Source: Chrysemys picta bellii (lineage: Eukaryota). Taken from it: a stretch of 64,000 bases of DNA. The position numbers and the translations under genes are program-made. The notes below the pieces were generated by a model. That model made no database searches, was not told where the DNA came from, and was given only the letters and a program-made list of their open reading frames with translations. Of this stretch, positions 61,915 through 64,000 are shown in pieces; position 1 is the stretch's first letter; the number at the start of each line of letters is the position of its first letter. Where the stretch lies: positions 18,848,001 through 18,912,000 of the forward strand of contig NC_088806.1 of assembly GCF_011386835.1 (NCBI RefSeq), written 5' to 3'.

Positions 61915-62045
61915 AGGTCCCACTCTGTGCCAATCCACAGAGGATATGAGTCATTACAGACCTCATCCACAGAGCTGTGGTGGCTTAGTTCACGTTTTTA
62001 GCTCTGGACATCCCTGATTCAGTCCCTGGTGTACTGGCCAAGCTG
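61915..62045 (+). mobile_element. Interspersed repeat with a tRNA-like segment; paralogue of 30545-30690
   Basis: Direct manual alignment to the reverse complement of about 30555-30690. Confidence 0.65.
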
Positions 62046-62882
62046 TTTCCCATCACATTACATCCCCCTGAGAATACTTGGTGTTCTAACCACAGAGCCC
62101 AGTTGCCTAGGGCAGGCTAGGGCCTGGCTGATCTGGCAGGGTCCCTTGTCAATGGGGAGGAACTCTGCTGAAGTCGAAGGAGAAATGCTAGTATGATATC
62201 CGAACTGGGATCCAGCTCTAAAGCGTGCACTTACGCTGCAGCTGGGAGCCAGCCTCCCAGCCCGGGTAGACCGACTAGCACTAGCAGGCTAAAAACAGCA
62301 GTGTGGATGTTGTGGCTCAGGCTGGAGCTTGGGCTCTCACGCCTGTAGTGGTCAGGTGGGATTGGGAGCCTGAGTTCCAGCCTGAGCCGAGCCATCCACA
62401 CTGCTGTTTTTAGCACACTAGCTCGAGACCCGCTAGCATGAGGCTTGCTCCCAGCTGTGGTGCAGATGTGCCCAAAGGGACCTGCAGAGCCTGTGTTCTG
62501 CCTTTCCTTTCTCCTCTGCTGCGCCTCTGGCAGGTCTTCTCTTCACTCCCCTTACCCCTGCTCGGAGACCGGCTCCCGCTGCTCAGCTCACTATTTCAAA
62601 GGGAGGAAGGATCCCGTATTGTTGCTCTTTCCCTGGGGACTGAATGTCTGTTTCCATCAACACTGGGTAGTCTGGCTTGACTTTCCTAACACCTCTCCAG
62701 GAGCCTGATTGGCATGCGCTAGACAGCGAGGGCGGCAGAGACAAGTTTTGTAACGAGTTTCATTTCTATTCCTAATTCCGCTGCACTACCCCCCCCCCTC
62801 CCCCAAGAGGCAGAAACAAGGGCTGCCTCTGAATGTTCCCAGGTAGGCGAGTTTCATGCACAGCCTTTGCTTCCACTGGTAC

Positions 62883-63014
62883 CTGCTGCCAGTGGCTTTG
62901 ATTTCTCAGCGCTCCTTGTCCGATGAAAGGAAGATGCAGTGATTGATCTGCTGCTGTCAGCTTTGGAGCCAGCAGGAAAGAACACCCAGAGGTTCTGAGT
63001 GTTAGTTGGAGTCC
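62883..63014 (-). other. Candidate internal exon (132 nt)
   Basis: Strong acceptor TTTTTTTCTTTGCCCCCAG/G, donor CAG/GTACCA; two frames open; length divisible by 3. Peptide not recognised. Confidence 0.25.
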
Positions 63015-63399
63015 CTGGGGGCAAAGAAAAAAATCATTTTTCTCTCTGCTCCTTTGAAGCCCCCCCCCCATCTCTTTTGTTTCGCTTATGTAATCCAAGC
63101 TGTGGTAAAGTGATACCCAGTCCCAGGGTGCTTTCTCCCCATCCCTGCTGGGGGTAACAATGAAACCTGTTTCTCCAGCTAATCTGCTCACTTCAACTGT
63201 TTAACCCTCCCAGAAGAAAACCACAGCTCAACCAGGCGGGCAGCCTGTTGCCTTTCTTAGGCCTTGGGATTGGTATAGAGGTAACCCCAGACTGCAGCAA
63301 ACACGCTGCCACGCACAGACCTGGCTGAAGGGGGTCACTTAGCCATGCCAGTTTGTTACATTGACAGGGAGACTGCCAGTGAAGGGCTACGGAGATTGA

Positions 63400-63662
63400 G
63401 GCTACATCTACACTACAGGGGGGAGTCGATTTAAGATACGCAAATTCAGCTACGCGAATAGCGTAGCTGAATTCGACATATCGCAGCCGACTTACCCCGC
63501 TGTAGGGACGGCAGCAAAATCGACCTCTGCGGCTTCCCGTCGACGGCGCTTACTCCCACCTCCGCTGGTGGAGTAAGAGCGTCGATTCGGGGATCGATTG
63601 TAATCGATCCCCGAGAGGTCGATTTCTACCCGCCGATTCAGGTGGGTAGTGTAGACCCAGCC
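63400..63662. mobile_element. Young Harbinger-like MITE, 263 bp
   Basis: TIR GGCTACATCTACACTAC / GTAGTGTAGACCCAGCC; perfect 3-bp TSD TGA (63397-63399 / 63663-63665); many CpGs retained; internal hairpins. Confidence 0.9.
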
Positions 63663-64000
63663 TGAGACAGGGACGTGTCCCAGCCACACAGTCTACTTGT
63701 GTTCAGTCCCTGTGATGCTAGACCAGGGGATCAGAGGAAGGACGTGGGAGCCTTTTGTCTCTGTGGTGCTAGGAGGAGAGGTAATGCAGTCCTACCCTGC
63801 TGTCTCTTAAGTGGCTTCATAATTCGGAGTTTGCAAGGACTGGTGTTGACTCACAATGAGCTGGTCAAGAGCGTGCCAGGCAGGAAGCTCACAGAAGGCC
63901 CAAGAAAAAACAGCTGCAAAGCTGCCTGCCCTAGCAACCTGCGTCATTAACATTCGGTGGTAGGTGGGGGAGGGATTGGAGTGGATTTGGCCACAGCGGC

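Noticed and set aside
1-64000. CRISPR array, rRNA, intact tRNA or mitochondrial insertion
   Set aside because: No regularly spaced repeat-spacer structure or recognisable structural RNA gene; tRNA-like pieces are SINE heads or repeat-embedded.

Overview
Vertebrate genomic DNA, CpG-depleted and repeat-dense. The repeat families (CR1 LINE 3' fragments, MIR/CORE-type SINEs, L2 tails, hAT and Harbinger-like MITEs, Penelope-derived palindromic repeats) match what I recall from turtle genomes, so a turtle source is likely but inferred. I could not recognise any conserved host protein-coding gene. The only ORFs with recognisable homology are decayed CR1 ORF2 (endonuclease-linker/reverse transcriptase) pieces. 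Most other ORFs in the track are by-products of GC-rich palindromic MITEs or low-complexity DNA. The window looks intronic or intergenic, with a few weak candidate exons. Well-supported structures: several MITEs with readable TIRs and target-site duplications, three nested insertions, and an 896-bp solo LTR with a 5-bp TSD. Unexplained structures: a 96%-identical 128-bp inverted repeat pair 5.7 kb apart with a hairpin at one breakpoint; a CpG-rich block near 57 kb fused to an A-rich tract and holding a 60-nt hairpin; degenerate hammerhead-like cores in Penelope-derived repeats. No CRISPR array, rRNA or intact tRNA was seen, and I do not claim a new biological system. Boundaries of old repeats are approximate (within tens of bp); TSD-defined boundaries were read base by base.
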